From Candidatus Woesearchaeota archaeon (GTDB lineage: Archaea > Nanobdellota > Nanobdellia > Woesearchaeales > GW2011-AR9): DNA of 64,000 nucleotides. The notes under the pieces are model-generated. The model had not been told where the DNA came from, ran no database searches, and saw nothing but the letters and a program-made list of their open reading frames with translations. The stretch lies in NCBI GenBank assembly GCA_023265685.1, contig JAHFSP010000001.1:54975-118974 (forward strand). Direction: 5' to 3'. The translations under genes and the position numbers were made by a program. Shown here piece after piece: positions 1-8,829 of this stretch. The number at the start of each line of letters is the position of its first letter. Positions within the stretch are counted from its first letter, which is position 1.

Positions 1-1082
1 GTGGCAAATTTATTGCCGAGTAATTCTAAAATGGCAAAGAGTTGTTGGAAATGAAGGCGTTGTTCTGACGCGACAACATACATCATTTCATCGAATTTAA
101 AATCAGTATAACGTTCTTGAGCAAGATACATATCTTGAGTGATATAAATACTTGTGCCATCACCGCGTAATACAACTTTGTCTGGCACATTAAATTTTTT
201 TTCAAGAGGAGCGACAATGCCGCCTTTCTCATCTTTGGTGAAAAGTCCTCGTTTGAGGCCATCGAAGGCCACGTCTTTACCTTTTTCATAAATTTGAGAT
301 TCAAAATATTCTTTTTCAAATGAGACCCCAAAGCGTTTGTAGGTTTGTGCAAAACCATCAAGTACCCACTGATTCATTTTTTTCCAGATGGCACGAACGG
401 TAGGATCTCCTTTTTCCCAAGCAACAAGCATATGTTGTGCTTGTTCATCAAGGGAGGGATCGTCTTTACATTTTTGAGCAAAGAGAACATAATAATCGCC
501 GACGTAGTGATCACTTTTTTTAGTAGGTGGTTGATCGTGTCCCCATTTCTGGTAGGCAAGCATGGATTTACAAATGTGGACACCACGATCATTGATAATG
601 TTCACAGGATGAATAGTATTGCCTTGGAATTGGAGCAGTTTGCACATAGCGCTTCCTAATGCCATGTTACGTAGATGTCCAATATGAAGTGGTTTGTTGG
701 TATTAGGACCACAGTATTCAATGACGATACCTTTGTTTTTATGACCGAGGCCGTAACTTTTATTTTGATGAAGAATCGTGGTTAACGTTTGGTGAGCGAG
801 AAGTTCGTCGTTGAGATAGAAGTTAAGGTAGCCGCCTTTGACTTGTGTTCTACTCACAGACGAAGGGAGGGTGATTTTTTCTTGTAGATTTTGGGCAGCT
901 TGCATTGGATTACCGCCTAATTTGAAACAGGGAAAAGCAAAGTCGCCCATAGTGAAGTCGGAGGGGACCATGAGCATGGTGTCGATCTGCTCTGAGGGAA
1001 GGGACGTGGCGGAGGCGATGCTGGAGATTATTTGAGTACGGAAATTTATCGTAGTGGTTGAATGAGACGTAGAGGCAGCCAT
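1..1082 (-). CDS. argS: Arginyl-tRNA synthetase, N-terminal part (3' end runs off window start)
   Basis: Minus-strand translation from the ATG at 1080-1082 gives MAASTSHS... with a class I HIGH motif (PNTNKPLHIGHLRN) and an ArgRS-like GDGTSIYITQDM segment. The frame stays open to position 1. Absent from the ORF track because it is incomplete. Confidence 0.65.
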   Translation of the reverse strand, partial: MAASTSHSTTTINFRTQIISSIASATSLPSEQIDTMLMVPSDFTMGDFAFPCFKLGGNPMQAAQNLQEKITLPSSVSRTQVKGGYLNFYLNDELLAHQTLTTILHQNKSYGLGHKNKGIVIEYCGPNTNKPLHIGHLRNMALGSAMCKLLQFQGNTIHPVNIINDRGVHICKSMLAYQKWGHDQPPTKKSDHYVGDYYVLFAQKCKDDPSLDEQAQHMLVAWEKGDPTVRAIWKKMNQWVLDGFAQTYKRFGVSFEKEYFESQIYEKGKDVAFDGLKRGLFTKDEKGGIVAPLEKKFNVPDKVVLRGDGTSIYITQDMYLAQERYTDFKFDEMMYVVASEQRLHFQQLFAILELLGNKFA

Positions 1083-1246
1083 ATTTGACAGAGTGGGGAG
1101 TTACATTCTTTATATAGATTCTGTTCGAAATTGGACAGGCGAAGGGAGATAATTCTTCAATTGTTGGAGAAATAGAAAATAACGTTACGCACTACGTGCG
1201 AGATTTCTGAGACTGTTATTTTTTGATAGGCTTTGTCTATGGTGCT

Positions 1247-1921
1247 CTACTGAGCACGAGAAGACATGACTCGAGTAAAGGAACCGCCGCTGTCATTCCA
1301 GCCACCAATGAGGTTCGAGTCGCCATGACTCTTCACGAAGAGCGCCCTCGTTTCGCCAACGGGAAGATTGGGAACAAGATGCGTATTCATTGCTGTGTAA
1401 TTTGAACTTTGTCCTTCCCACTGGCGTTCAACGTATTGATCAAGTGTATTTCTTCCTGCAAATTGCCAGACTGGGTGGGCTTTTGCTTGAGCTTTTGTGA
1501 GGAGAGTGTTATATAACCCATCTGCCCCATTGAATTCTTGGACATTAATACCATCAGCAACGAGGGAATCGTACTCCACAATAATTAATGATGGACGTGC
1601 CCTTTCGTGTATGTGTAGTAACGCGTCAGAGATGAGGGAGATCTTGAAGAGACCGTTTGGTCCGTAGGTGATTGAGGAACAGCTGTCGTCCCATCTTGTG
1701 CCGAGGTCCCAGTTGTTGAGACGGGCGAGCATGATTTCTTCGACAGTGAGGGGACGATAGATCGCTTCACCGTCAAGAACGTGAGTAGGATGGAGAACGG
1801 ATAGTCCTGCTTGTTGGTCTTGGTAGCAAGCGGCTTGGAGAGAGTGGTAGCCTTGGGCCCAGGTTCTTGTTTGAGGCATGAGTTCGACTGATTTTCCAGT
1901 AAGATTTTCGAGAAGTGACAT
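1247..1921 (-). CDS. Paralog-family protein copy 1 (unknown function, 224 aa, no signal peptide)
   Basis: 224-aa ORF highly similar to the ORFs at 27520..28197 and 33230..33910. Shared motifs include WAQGYH, ITYGPNGLFKISL and AHPVWQFAG. The C-terminal ~30 aa are hypervariable. Confidence 0.8.
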   Translation of the reverse strand: MSLLENLTGKSVELMPQTRTWAQGYHSLQAACYQDQQAGLSVLHPTHVLDGEAIYRPLTVEEIMLARLNNWDLGTRWDDSCSSITYGPNGLFKISLISDALLHIHERARPSLIIVEYDSLVADGINVQEFNGADGLYNTLLTKAQAKAHPVWQFAGRNTLDQYVERQWEGQSSNYTAMNTHLVPNLPVGETRALFVKSHGDSNLIGGWNDSGGSFTRVMSSRAQ

Positions 1922-1947
1922 TTTACGAATATGTTTAGGGTGGAACT

Positions 1948-1957
1948 TTTTTATAAA
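1948..1957 (-). promoter_or_regulatory. TATA box (TTTTATAAA) ~27-36 nt upstream of the copy-1 start codon; conserved with copies 2 and 3
   Basis: The block tttataaa...tttgttgt...agttat recurs upstream of all three paralogs at the same spacing. The short distance to the start codon suggests a leaderless mRNA. Confidence 0.45.
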
Positions 1958-2155
1958 CTTTGTTGTCTTGTAGTTATTATTTATTTCTGGAATTTAGGAT
2001 ATAATCTTTGAATTATACCAGTTAAACAGTTATTGTGACAAGAAAAATGAGTAGCATAAAGGCTACGCTAAAGTTAGAGAATAACAGAATTATAAACACA
2101 GCTAGGTTCTAGAGAAACGCAATCTTTTTATAGAAGAATCTAAGAAACAGTATTT

Positions 2156-3661
2156 TTGATGAGCCTTTTGAACATATCTATTCTGAAAACAGATATTCTT
2201 TCGATGCGCGATTTTTCTCGTGAAGAGGTCGAAGAGATTATTCACAAAGCATTAGAATTAAAACGAACTAAAAAAACAAACACGCAAGACCTGAATTCTC
2301 TTAGTCATAATAAAATTCTTGCGTCATTATTTTTTGAGAATTCTACTCGTACACGAGAGAGTCATGAACTTGCGGCTACAAAGTTAGGTATGAACATTAT
2401 AGGGTTTGCGGGAACAGAAGGAACTTCTGTTAAGAAAGGCGAACCTTTGGCAGATACTGCACGTATGTATGCTGGTTTCGAGGCAGATGTGGTGGTCATG
2501 CGACATAATCTTGATGGGGCAGCACGCTTTGTTGCAGATGTGGTGAATGTTCCGGTGATTAACGCAGGTGATGGTGCGAATGCTCATCCAACTCAGACGC
2601 TGCTTGATCTGATGACGATTTTTGAGAAATTTGGGACGATTGATAATTTGAAAATTGCGATGGTGGGGGATCTCAAATATGGCCGCACAGTGCACTCTTT
2701 GTTGCAGGGATTGGCATTGTTTCGCAACGTAGAAATATGGGCTGTCGCACCCCCTGGTTTAGAAATGCCGGCTCATTGTATTGCTGAGTTTGAAGAGCGT
2801 ACTGGTACCAAAATTTTCTATACTCCTCATCTTCAAGAGGTATTGGATAAAGCCCAAGTGTTGTATATGACCAGAATTCAACGCGAACGTTTTCCAACTA
2901 GCGTAGAAGGAGAACATGAATTTAAGAAGGTGAGTGGGATGTATGAATTAACTTCTCAGGTACTCACACGAGCAAATCCTTCATTGTGTGTGATGCATCC
3001 ATTGCCACGCGTTAAACATAAACTTGAGATTAGTCTTGATGTTGATGCATCACCACGTGCATTATATTTTGAACAGGCTCGTAATGGAGTATTTATTCGA
3101 CAAATTTTGATTTCACACCTACTTGGAGTGCAGAAGACTAAAATTGAAAATAAAGAAGAAAATGGATTATGGCGGGAGCGATTTGTGAATGGACAAGATA
3201 AAAAAGAGAGTTATTTGTATCGGCTCGATAACGGCACGTTGATTGATCATCTTGAACCGGGAAAAGGCCCTCTCGTCCACTCTTTATTAGGATTAGAAAG
3301 ACTTCAAACTACAGTTGTTCAAGCTCTTAACATTGCAAGTACAAAATATGGGCGCAAAGATGTGTTAGCAATTCATAATATGCGCCTCACGCCACGTCAA
3401 TTATGGAAAATCGCTTTGGTAAGTGAACGTGCCTCAGTAAATTTTATTGAAGACAAACGAGTGGTTCAGAAGGGAACAGTGATATTGCCACGCGTACTTG
3501 AAAGACTGTTACTGTGCCAAAATGTAAATTGTGTGACTCGACCAGAACATTTTGAACATGCGCCAAGTAAATTTATTGTAGAACAAGATAAACCACTACG
3601 TTTGCGATGTTATTATTGTGAGCGGACATGTGGCCAGGAAGACGTGGAGTTGTTAAAGTAA
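2156..3661 (+). CDS. pyrBI: Aspartate carbamoyltransferase catalytic chain fused to regulatory chain (PyrB-PyrI fusion)
   Basis: The N-terminal ~300 aa carry ATCase motifs (STRTR, HPTQ, HPLP). The C-terminal ~160 aa carry a PyrI-like zinc domain (CxxxxC...CYYCERTC). The true start may be the internal Met at about 2204 (MRDFSREEVEEI). Confidence 0.85.
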   Translation: MMSLLNISILKTDILSMRDFSREEVEEIIHKALELKRTKKTNTQDLNSLSHNKILASLFFENSTRTRESHELAATKLGMNIIGFAGTEGTSVKKGEPLADTARMYAGFEADVVVMRHNLDGAARFVADVVNVPVINAGDGANAHPTQTLLDLMTIFEKFGTIDNLKIAMVGDLKYGRTVHSLLQGLALFRNVEIWAVAPPGLEMPAHCIAEFEERTGTKIFYTPHLQEVLDKAQVLYMTRIQRERFPTSVEGEHEFKKVSGMYELTSQVLTRANPSLCVMHPLPRVKHKLEISLDVDASPRALYFEQARNGVFIRQILISHLLGVQKTKIENKEENGLWRERFVNGQDKKESYLYRLDNGTLIDHLEPGKGPLVHSLLGLERLQTTVVQALNIASTKYGRKDVLAIHNMRLTPRQLWKIALVSERASVNFIEDKRVVQKGTVILPRVLERLLLCQNVNCVTRPEHFEHAPSKFIVEQDKPLRLRCYYCERTCGQEDVELLK

Positions 3662-3735
3662 AATAATTGAATTTGAAAGAAAGATATTATTCAATTATTG
3701 AGGAAATTTTATTTTAAATGAAGATTCTGGGGTTT

Positions 3736-4443
3736 CTATAGTCTTATTTTTGGTGTTGTTTTACTTACTATTGCTGAACTATATTGTCCCCCACAGAATT
3801 CTATGAGGAGATCTTCAATTTGACGAAGAAGAACACGTAGTTGTGGTGTTGTAACAGGAGCAAGAACCGGAATCTGGATAAGAATGGAAGTGGAATGGGC
3901 ATTAGGAAGAGTTTTTTTATTTTTCCAGAAATCAAGATGAGTTCCAAGAATATTTTTTTGATCACGATGATAGAGCGTTCCTTTGGCAAGAGTGAGAAGA
4001 AGACGAACTCGTTCTGTTCCGTTAGCAAGATCGTAGGTAATAGGTCCATGGATTTTTGATAGGTCATCTACGCTCATTGGAATGAGAGATTGAAGGCTTT
4101 GATATCGAACCAATTCGGTTGCGGTATCATTAGCACAAATGGAATGATGTTGCAAAACATGAGCAATGAGATTTTCAACTGCGGTTTGGTAATGGTGAGC
4201 ACGGGAACCAAATTCTTGCTGTGCAATAACCCAAGGGGCAATAAGGTCATGCGTTTTGATATTGTCGTTATGAAACGTGCGTTTAATGTAAAGACTTATT
4301 TCTCCAAGTAAATGGTGAGCTTGTTGAAGGTGTTCACGGTTATTAATCATCGTTGCTTTAAGAATAGCGATACGTAGAGTGGGATAGCGCTTGAAGACAT
4401 CAGGTTGAACGCGGATGTCTATTTGTTTTATTTTTGATACCAT
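3736..4443 (-). CDS. Conserved hypothetical protein, possibly a solo B3/4 (PheT-like) domain protein
   Basis: 235-aa ORF. Weak resemblance to stand-alone B3/4 domain proteins (IRVQPDVFKRYPTLRIAIL). Low certainty. Confidence 0.3.
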   Translation of the reverse strand: MVSKIKQIDIRVQPDVFKRYPTLRIAILKATMINNREHLQQAHHLLGEISLYIKRTFHNDNIKTHDLIAPWVIAQQEFGSRAHHYQTAVENLIAHVLQHHSICANDTATELVRYQSLQSLIPMSVDDLSKIHGPITYDLANGTERVRLLLTLAKGTLYHRDQKNILGTHLDFWKNKKTLPNAHSTSILIQIPVLAPVTTPQLRVLLRQIEDLLIEFCGGQYSSAIVSKTTPKIRL

Positions 4444-4452
4444 GGTTAGATT

Positions 4453-4803
4453 CTATTTTTTGTTGTATTTAGTAGTCTTCAAATTAGATTGTTTAGATAT
4501 TCTCCCAATCTGTTGTTGATAACGGTAATTACGTACACGTTGAACGAAACGACGAAACAATCCCATGCGTTGCTGTGATGAAGGTACACCAAAATGGCTA
4601 TTAAGATGTTCAAGGTTGTATCGGATATCTTCCAGAACGCGGGTGCGTTTATGATCAAAGTAGATTCGACTTAGAGTGAGAATAACATAAAGACCAAAAA
4701 TTCCCCCCACTAACACACTAATTTTACCAATGAGTGGACCAGTAATAGAGCTAAGAGGAATATTGGTTACTGAATTGAGAATTTCAGATTCGTTACCGAT
4801 CAT
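4453..4803 (-). CDS. Hypothetical membrane protein (one TM segment)
   Basis: 116-aa ORF with a hydrophobic stretch ITGPLIGKISVLVGGIFGLYVILTL. Confidence 0.4.
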   Translation of the reverse strand: MIGNESEILNSVTNIPLSSITGPLIGKISVLVGGIFGLYVILTLSRIYFDHKRTRVLEDIRYNLEHLNSHFGVPSSQQRMGLFRRFVQRVRNYRYQQQIGRISKQSNLKTTKYNKK

Positions 4804-4842
4804 AACTCATAGAGGTGAAAAAGACTATTTATATATTTCGTC

Positions 4843-6141
4843 ATGGGTGTTGGAATAGTTATTACGCGGGTTTATATAGTCAAAAATATTGACTGTAGAA
4901 AGAAAAGAGAAAGTAAGATGGTATCAGCATTACTCACGATTATTATTGCATTAACATTATCCTACATATTAGGCGAAATATCAAAAAAGATAGGATTACC
5001 GCGCATCGTAGGTAGTTTAGTTACAGGAATTCTTCTTACAATAGGGTATGTTAAACAAGTAGTACTCATTCCGGAAAATCAGGATTTCCTCTCATTACTT
5101 GCAGACTTAGGTGTTATTTTGCTCTTTTATTATATCGGTTTAGAGGCTAAATTTGAAGCCTTTGGCAAGAACGTTAAACGTTCTGTGATGATTTCGTTGT
5201 TTAACAGTCTTATTCCGTTTGCCATGGGATTCTTTGTCTGCCATTATCTGTTTGGATTCGATTTGGTTACAACGTTAGTTGTGAGTGTTGCTCTCTCAGT
5301 AAGTTCTCAAGCAGTGGCAATTGATATTTTGGATGAACTTAATTTCTTAAAATCAAAAATTGCCAATATGATCTTGTTTACGGTTGCCGTTGATGATATT
5401 ATTGAGATGGTCTTGATCACAGGGATGCTTTCTTTTTTGCACATTGCGATTACCAAAATGACATTATCAAGGTTGTGTATAGAGGTACTTATTTTTGTAG
5501 GGATCATGTTACTAATCCGATTTTGGATTTTACCGTGGGTACTAAAATTTTTCGAGAAAGAAAAATCAAGCACTGGTCGGTTTACGATCTCATTAATTGT
5601 TGTGTTAATCATTGCAAGTCTTGCAGAATATTTCTCAGTAGGGTATTTAATCGGCGCACTGATTGCAGGAATTATCACCAAACAAACTATCTATAAAGAT
5701 CCGAAAATTGCAAACTGGAAAGAACATGACGTGGCGCGGTCGATTCACATCATCGCGTTTGGATTCTTAATCCCTCTTTTCTTTGTCTGGGTGGGGAGCA
5801 ATATCGATCTAAGCATGGTGGGAGAGCATGTTGGATTTATTTTGATATTTACTCTAATTGCGACCGTAGGAACGGTTTTGGGAACAGCTTTAGCGGTGTA
5901 TCTTACCTCGGGAACATTTCATGAAGGATTAATTTTAGGATGGGGATTAAACGCCAAAGGAGATCTAGAGTTAGTTATTGCAAGCCTTTCTCTGAAAGCA
6001 TCATTAATTGAGCCATATATTTTTAGCGGAATTGTCATGATGTCATTATTAACAACCATTATTTCTCCGATTGTTTTTGCTCACATGATTAAGAGGAAGA
6101 TGGGTGTGGAACCAAAAGTTGTTGTAAAGAGGAAAGCGTAG
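4843..6141 (+). CDS. Monovalent cation:proton antiporter (CPA2/KefB-like Na+/H+ exchanger family)
   Basis: 432-aa polytopic membrane protein with CPA-type architecture. Probable true start is the Met at 4918 (MVSALLTIII). Confidence 0.7.
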   Translation: MGVGIVITRVYIVKNIDCRKKRESKMVSALLTIIIALTLSYILGEISKKIGLPRIVGSLVTGILLTIGYVKQVVLIPENQDFLSLLADLGVILLFYYIGLEAKFEAFGKNVKRSVMISLFNSLIPFAMGFFVCHYLFGFDLVTTLVVSVALSVSSQAVAIDILDELNFLKSKIANMILFTVAVDDIIEMVLITGMLSFLHIAITKMTLSRLCIEVLIFVGIMLLIRFWILPWVLKFFEKEKSSTGRFTISLIVVLIIASLAEYFSVGYLIGALIAGIITKQTIYKDPKIANWKEHDVARSIHIIAFGFLIPLFFVWVGSNIDLSMVGEHVGFILIFTLIATVGTVLGTALAVYLTSGTFHEGLILGWGLNAKGDLELVIASLSLKASLIEPYIFSGIVMMSLLTTIISPIVFAHMIKRKMGVEPKVVVKRKA

Positions 6142-6319
6142 ATTTTAGAGAGACTTATTTTGGATAGCAACTACATTTTCTACTGAACCTTATGCATGTA
6201 CATTTCCTTGAGGAGTGTGGTTGGAAAGAGTTTAGCAAGTTGGTGATTCTGCCATTAAATAAATTTTTTAATACATTCAGAGCAGATGGAACATTCTTAA
6301 ATATTGAGAAAGAAAAAGT

Positions 6320-6525
6320 AGCCCCGCGCGGACAGTCGAGCTTCGCTCTCGTTGGTTTCGTGAGCGAAACTATTCGAACCGCGGTCAAAGCCTCTCCTCA
6401 CTCTCTGTTCGGGATTTTCCTTACAGAAAGCTCCAAAGGGCTCTATGCTAGTCCACTACACTCCGCGAAGCTTTCAGGGCTTCTCCACGGGGCTGTGAAC
6501 TTGCACACAGCAGGGCTAATTTTCT
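6320..6525 (+). ncRNA. Candidate structured ncRNA (GC-rich island with terminal helix UAGCCC...GGGCUA); identity unresolved
   Basis: About 205 nt, markedly GC-rich in AT-rich intergenic DNA. 5' and 3' ends are complementary (tagccc/gggcta). Internal long-range complementarity exists (cgagcttcgc vs gcgaagcttt). The overlapping ORFs (6192..6533+, 6155..6388-) look non-protein-like. Strand is uncertain. Confidence 0.25.
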
Positions 6526-6608
6526 TTTTCTAGAGCTTGTTTATAAATATTTTGGACGCGCAGGGTTCATCTAGGAAATTAATGAGGGGCTAATTTTTTC
6601 TTACAAAA

Positions 6609-7205
6609 CTATTCGCACTTTTCTTCATAACTTGCAAGAGAAACGGTGAATTTTACTCGCTTCACAGTAGGATGGGTAATGATACTACTAGTTTCACCTT
6701 GTATTAGAGTAATAAGCGTTTCTTCGAGAATTTTACCTGCGTTTTTCTTGAGCAAAAGTAAAGGTACTCGCGGTTTAACTCCTTGACAATATCCGCCAAA
6801 CGTGTTGAGTTTCCATTCTAAAGCACCAGCAGCAGTATATGTCCCTTGACCTGGAGTAAGAGAATAGGTTTCATCATCACTGGTATGAAACGTTGTTTTG
6901 GTAAGGCGACATAGTTTAGCACAATTTGTTACATTGTTGACATCAGAAAGATGACGACACGACCCATCAATACATAATTTACTATCTTGACATTCACTAT
7001 TACGTTGACAAGCTACTAGGACAGGAGGTGCTATTTCAACTGCTTGGATAGTAGGGATAGGCGGGGTTACATTTTCTACTTGAATAGAGGGAGAAGTATC
7101 TGTAGTGGCTGAGGGCGCAGAGGACGAACGAGGTTTCGTGCAGGAGATAAGAAAGATACTTAGGGCAATGATAATAATAAGAGGTAGGTACTGTTTTGGT
7201 TTCAT
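6609..7205 (-). CDS. Secreted/lipoprotein-like Cys-rich protein
   Basis: N-terminal signal peptide followed by Cys (MKPKQYLPLIIIIALSIFLISC). Multiple cysteines, no recognisable domain. Confidence 0.5.
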   Translation of the reverse strand: MKPKQYLPLIIIIALSIFLISCTKPRSSSAPSATTDTSPSIQVENVTPPIPTIQAVEIAPPVLVACQRNSECQDSKLCIDGSCRHLSDVNNVTNCAKLCRLTKTTFHTSDDETYSLTPGQGTYTAAGALEWKLNTFGGYCQGVKPRVPLLLLKKNAGKILEETLITLIQGETSSIITHPTVKRVKFTVSLASYEEKCE

Positions 7206-7279
7206 ATGGGGAAATGAATAGACAATACTTTTCTTTCTTTGTAATAACTCTTATGTAGTAAAAATGAAAATTTTATAAA

Positions 7280-8764
7280 GTGCCCCATTATAAAAACGCC
7301 ATGGTAGTGGATCTTGCATCATTGGTTGTTCCTGGAACTGTGTATCAAGTGGCACTTTCGTATGATACTAATTTACAATTAAGCATTAGAGGAGGCCCTC
7401 AGCTTCTCCAAACCACTTTTTTTGAACCAACCTTAATACAAGGTTATTTGGCAGCGGAATTGGTCTCAAAGGCAATCGCAAAAGAAGCAGGCAAACCTAC
7501 TGCACCCGTAAATATTGAAACATTGAATAATTATGTTCGTATTGTTGGAGAATGGTATCAAAGTTGCGTTATAGATAAAAAATTTTTTAGAACCATTAAT
7601 CAAGGTCAATATGGTATCTATTTTCCGCAAGGAATTGAGATTTCACAAGAAATTGAAGATATTTTAGAACAAACAGCTTTGGATGCTGTTAATTCCATTC
7701 TTACATTAACTGCTCAATATCAAGTCCCTTTTTCTTCTGAAGAGATATTGTGTTTTCTTGGTGAGAACACGACTGAGGGACCGAGATTGTTGTTGGCAGG
7801 ATCACTCATTTGGGGAAGCAAGCCCTCTTTTGACGCGTTGCGATATGTTAGTGAACATACTGATGTTAAAACAATTCTAAGTGTTGCTAGTAATAGATAT
7901 GGGAACACGCTTGCCGAGCGTCTAAAAAATCAGGAATATGTAGCAGGTGTTGAGTCGAGTCTTAGTGAATTATTACAAGTAGCCGGAAATTTGGAAATTA
8001 TTACTCCAGAAGAAACTAAGACTACACTTGTGGTACGTTCTATAAATTTATTTATTAAAAGCAAAGTAAAACAAACTCTTCCTGAGGGTGCGATTGAACT
8101 ATTGGAGAAGATTTTCTTATCTACAGAACGGAACACCACAAATTTGAACCTGAAACAGTATTGCGCTCTTTTGAGAACGAATCTTACTGCGGGATTAATG
8201 TATTATTGTTTAATGAATCATGGAGATCCGGACCATAGTACGCAACATCGTCCATATTCTCTACGGCAACTCCAATTCGAGCTAGGTATGAAACATAGCG
8301 AAGTTTCAAGATTGAGTTTAGAGAGAAAACAATTACCTCTTCTCCCTATACCTCTTTCTTCGTCCCCCATTGTACCTCAAGTAGCCCCTCCTGTTGTGTC
8401 AGCACTTACGAAAGAAGTTGTGAGTCCACCAAATATGCCTCCTGAAACAAATACAACGCCTAAATGGGGCGTAGTTCGCTCACGTCGAGAATCAGTTGCG
8501 CCTCCTGAGTTGGCACCTCCAACAATATCATTTTTTGAATCAGAACGAGATGATGCGTTAAGAGGATTACTTCAGGGTTTTTTAGAAGAGGATTTAGGTG
8601 ATAATTTACCAAGAGATGGAACCGGAAATGATGGAACGGGAAATAATTCACCAAAAAATCTAGCAGAGACTCTAATACAGGGAAGATTAGAACCTAAAGC
8701 TAAACCAATATCTTCGCCACCAATTCCCGGTTTGGCAATATTCAAAAGAAAAAAAGATAAGTAA
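7280..8764 (+). CDS. Hypothetical protein with Pro-rich C-terminal region
   Basis: 494-aa ORF with a low-complexity P/S-rich tail (PIPLSSSPIVPQVAPPVV...). No known motifs recognised. Confidence 0.5.
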   Translation: MPHYKNAMVVDLASLVVPGTVYQVALSYDTNLQLSIRGGPQLLQTTFFEPTLIQGYLAAELVSKAIAKEAGKPTAPVNIETLNNYVRIVGEWYQSCVIDKKFFRTINQGQYGIYFPQGIEISQEIEDILEQTALDAVNSILTLTAQYQVPFSSEEILCFLGENTTEGPRLLLAGSLIWGSKPSFDALRYVSEHTDVKTILSVASNRYGNTLAERLKNQEYVAGVESSLSELLQVAGNLEIITPEETKTTLVVRSINLFIKSKVKQTLPEGAIELLEKIFLSTERNTTNLNLKQYCALLRTNLTAGLMYYCLMNHGDPDHSTQHRPYSLRQLQFELGMKHSEVSRLSLERKQLPLLPIPLSSSPIVPQVAPPVVSALTKEVVSPPNMPPETNTTPKWGVVRSRRESVAPPELAPPTISFFESERDDALRGLLQGFLEEDLGDNLPRDGTGNDGTGNNSPKNLAETLIQGRLEPKAKPISSPPIPGLAIFKRKKDK

Positions 8765-8829
8765 GTCGAGATAAGGTCAAGATAGAAATCAGCTAAATAT
8801 TTATAAAAGAGAATTCAGCTCTTCTCTAA

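Noticed and set aside
1223-1405. Conserved small plus-strand ORFs (1223..1405, 27442..27681, 33101..33394) antisense to the 3' ends of the three paralogs
   Set aside because: Their conservation simply mirrors nucleotide conservation of the sense-strand paralog genes. They lie in an overlapping antisense frame, have no independent start or promoter signal, and have odd composition. They are treated as six-frame artefacts.
6192-6533. 113-aa ORF (and antisense 6155..6388) in the antiporter/lipoprotein intergenic region
   Set aside because: It coincides with the GC-rich structured island. Its amino-acid composition is not protein-like (runs of S/L/G/A from GC-rich codons). An RNA is more plausible.
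8590-8660. Short GTGND-type tandem repeats inside ORF 7280..8764
   Set aside because: Only two imperfect units within a low-complexity protein tail. Not a repeat element.
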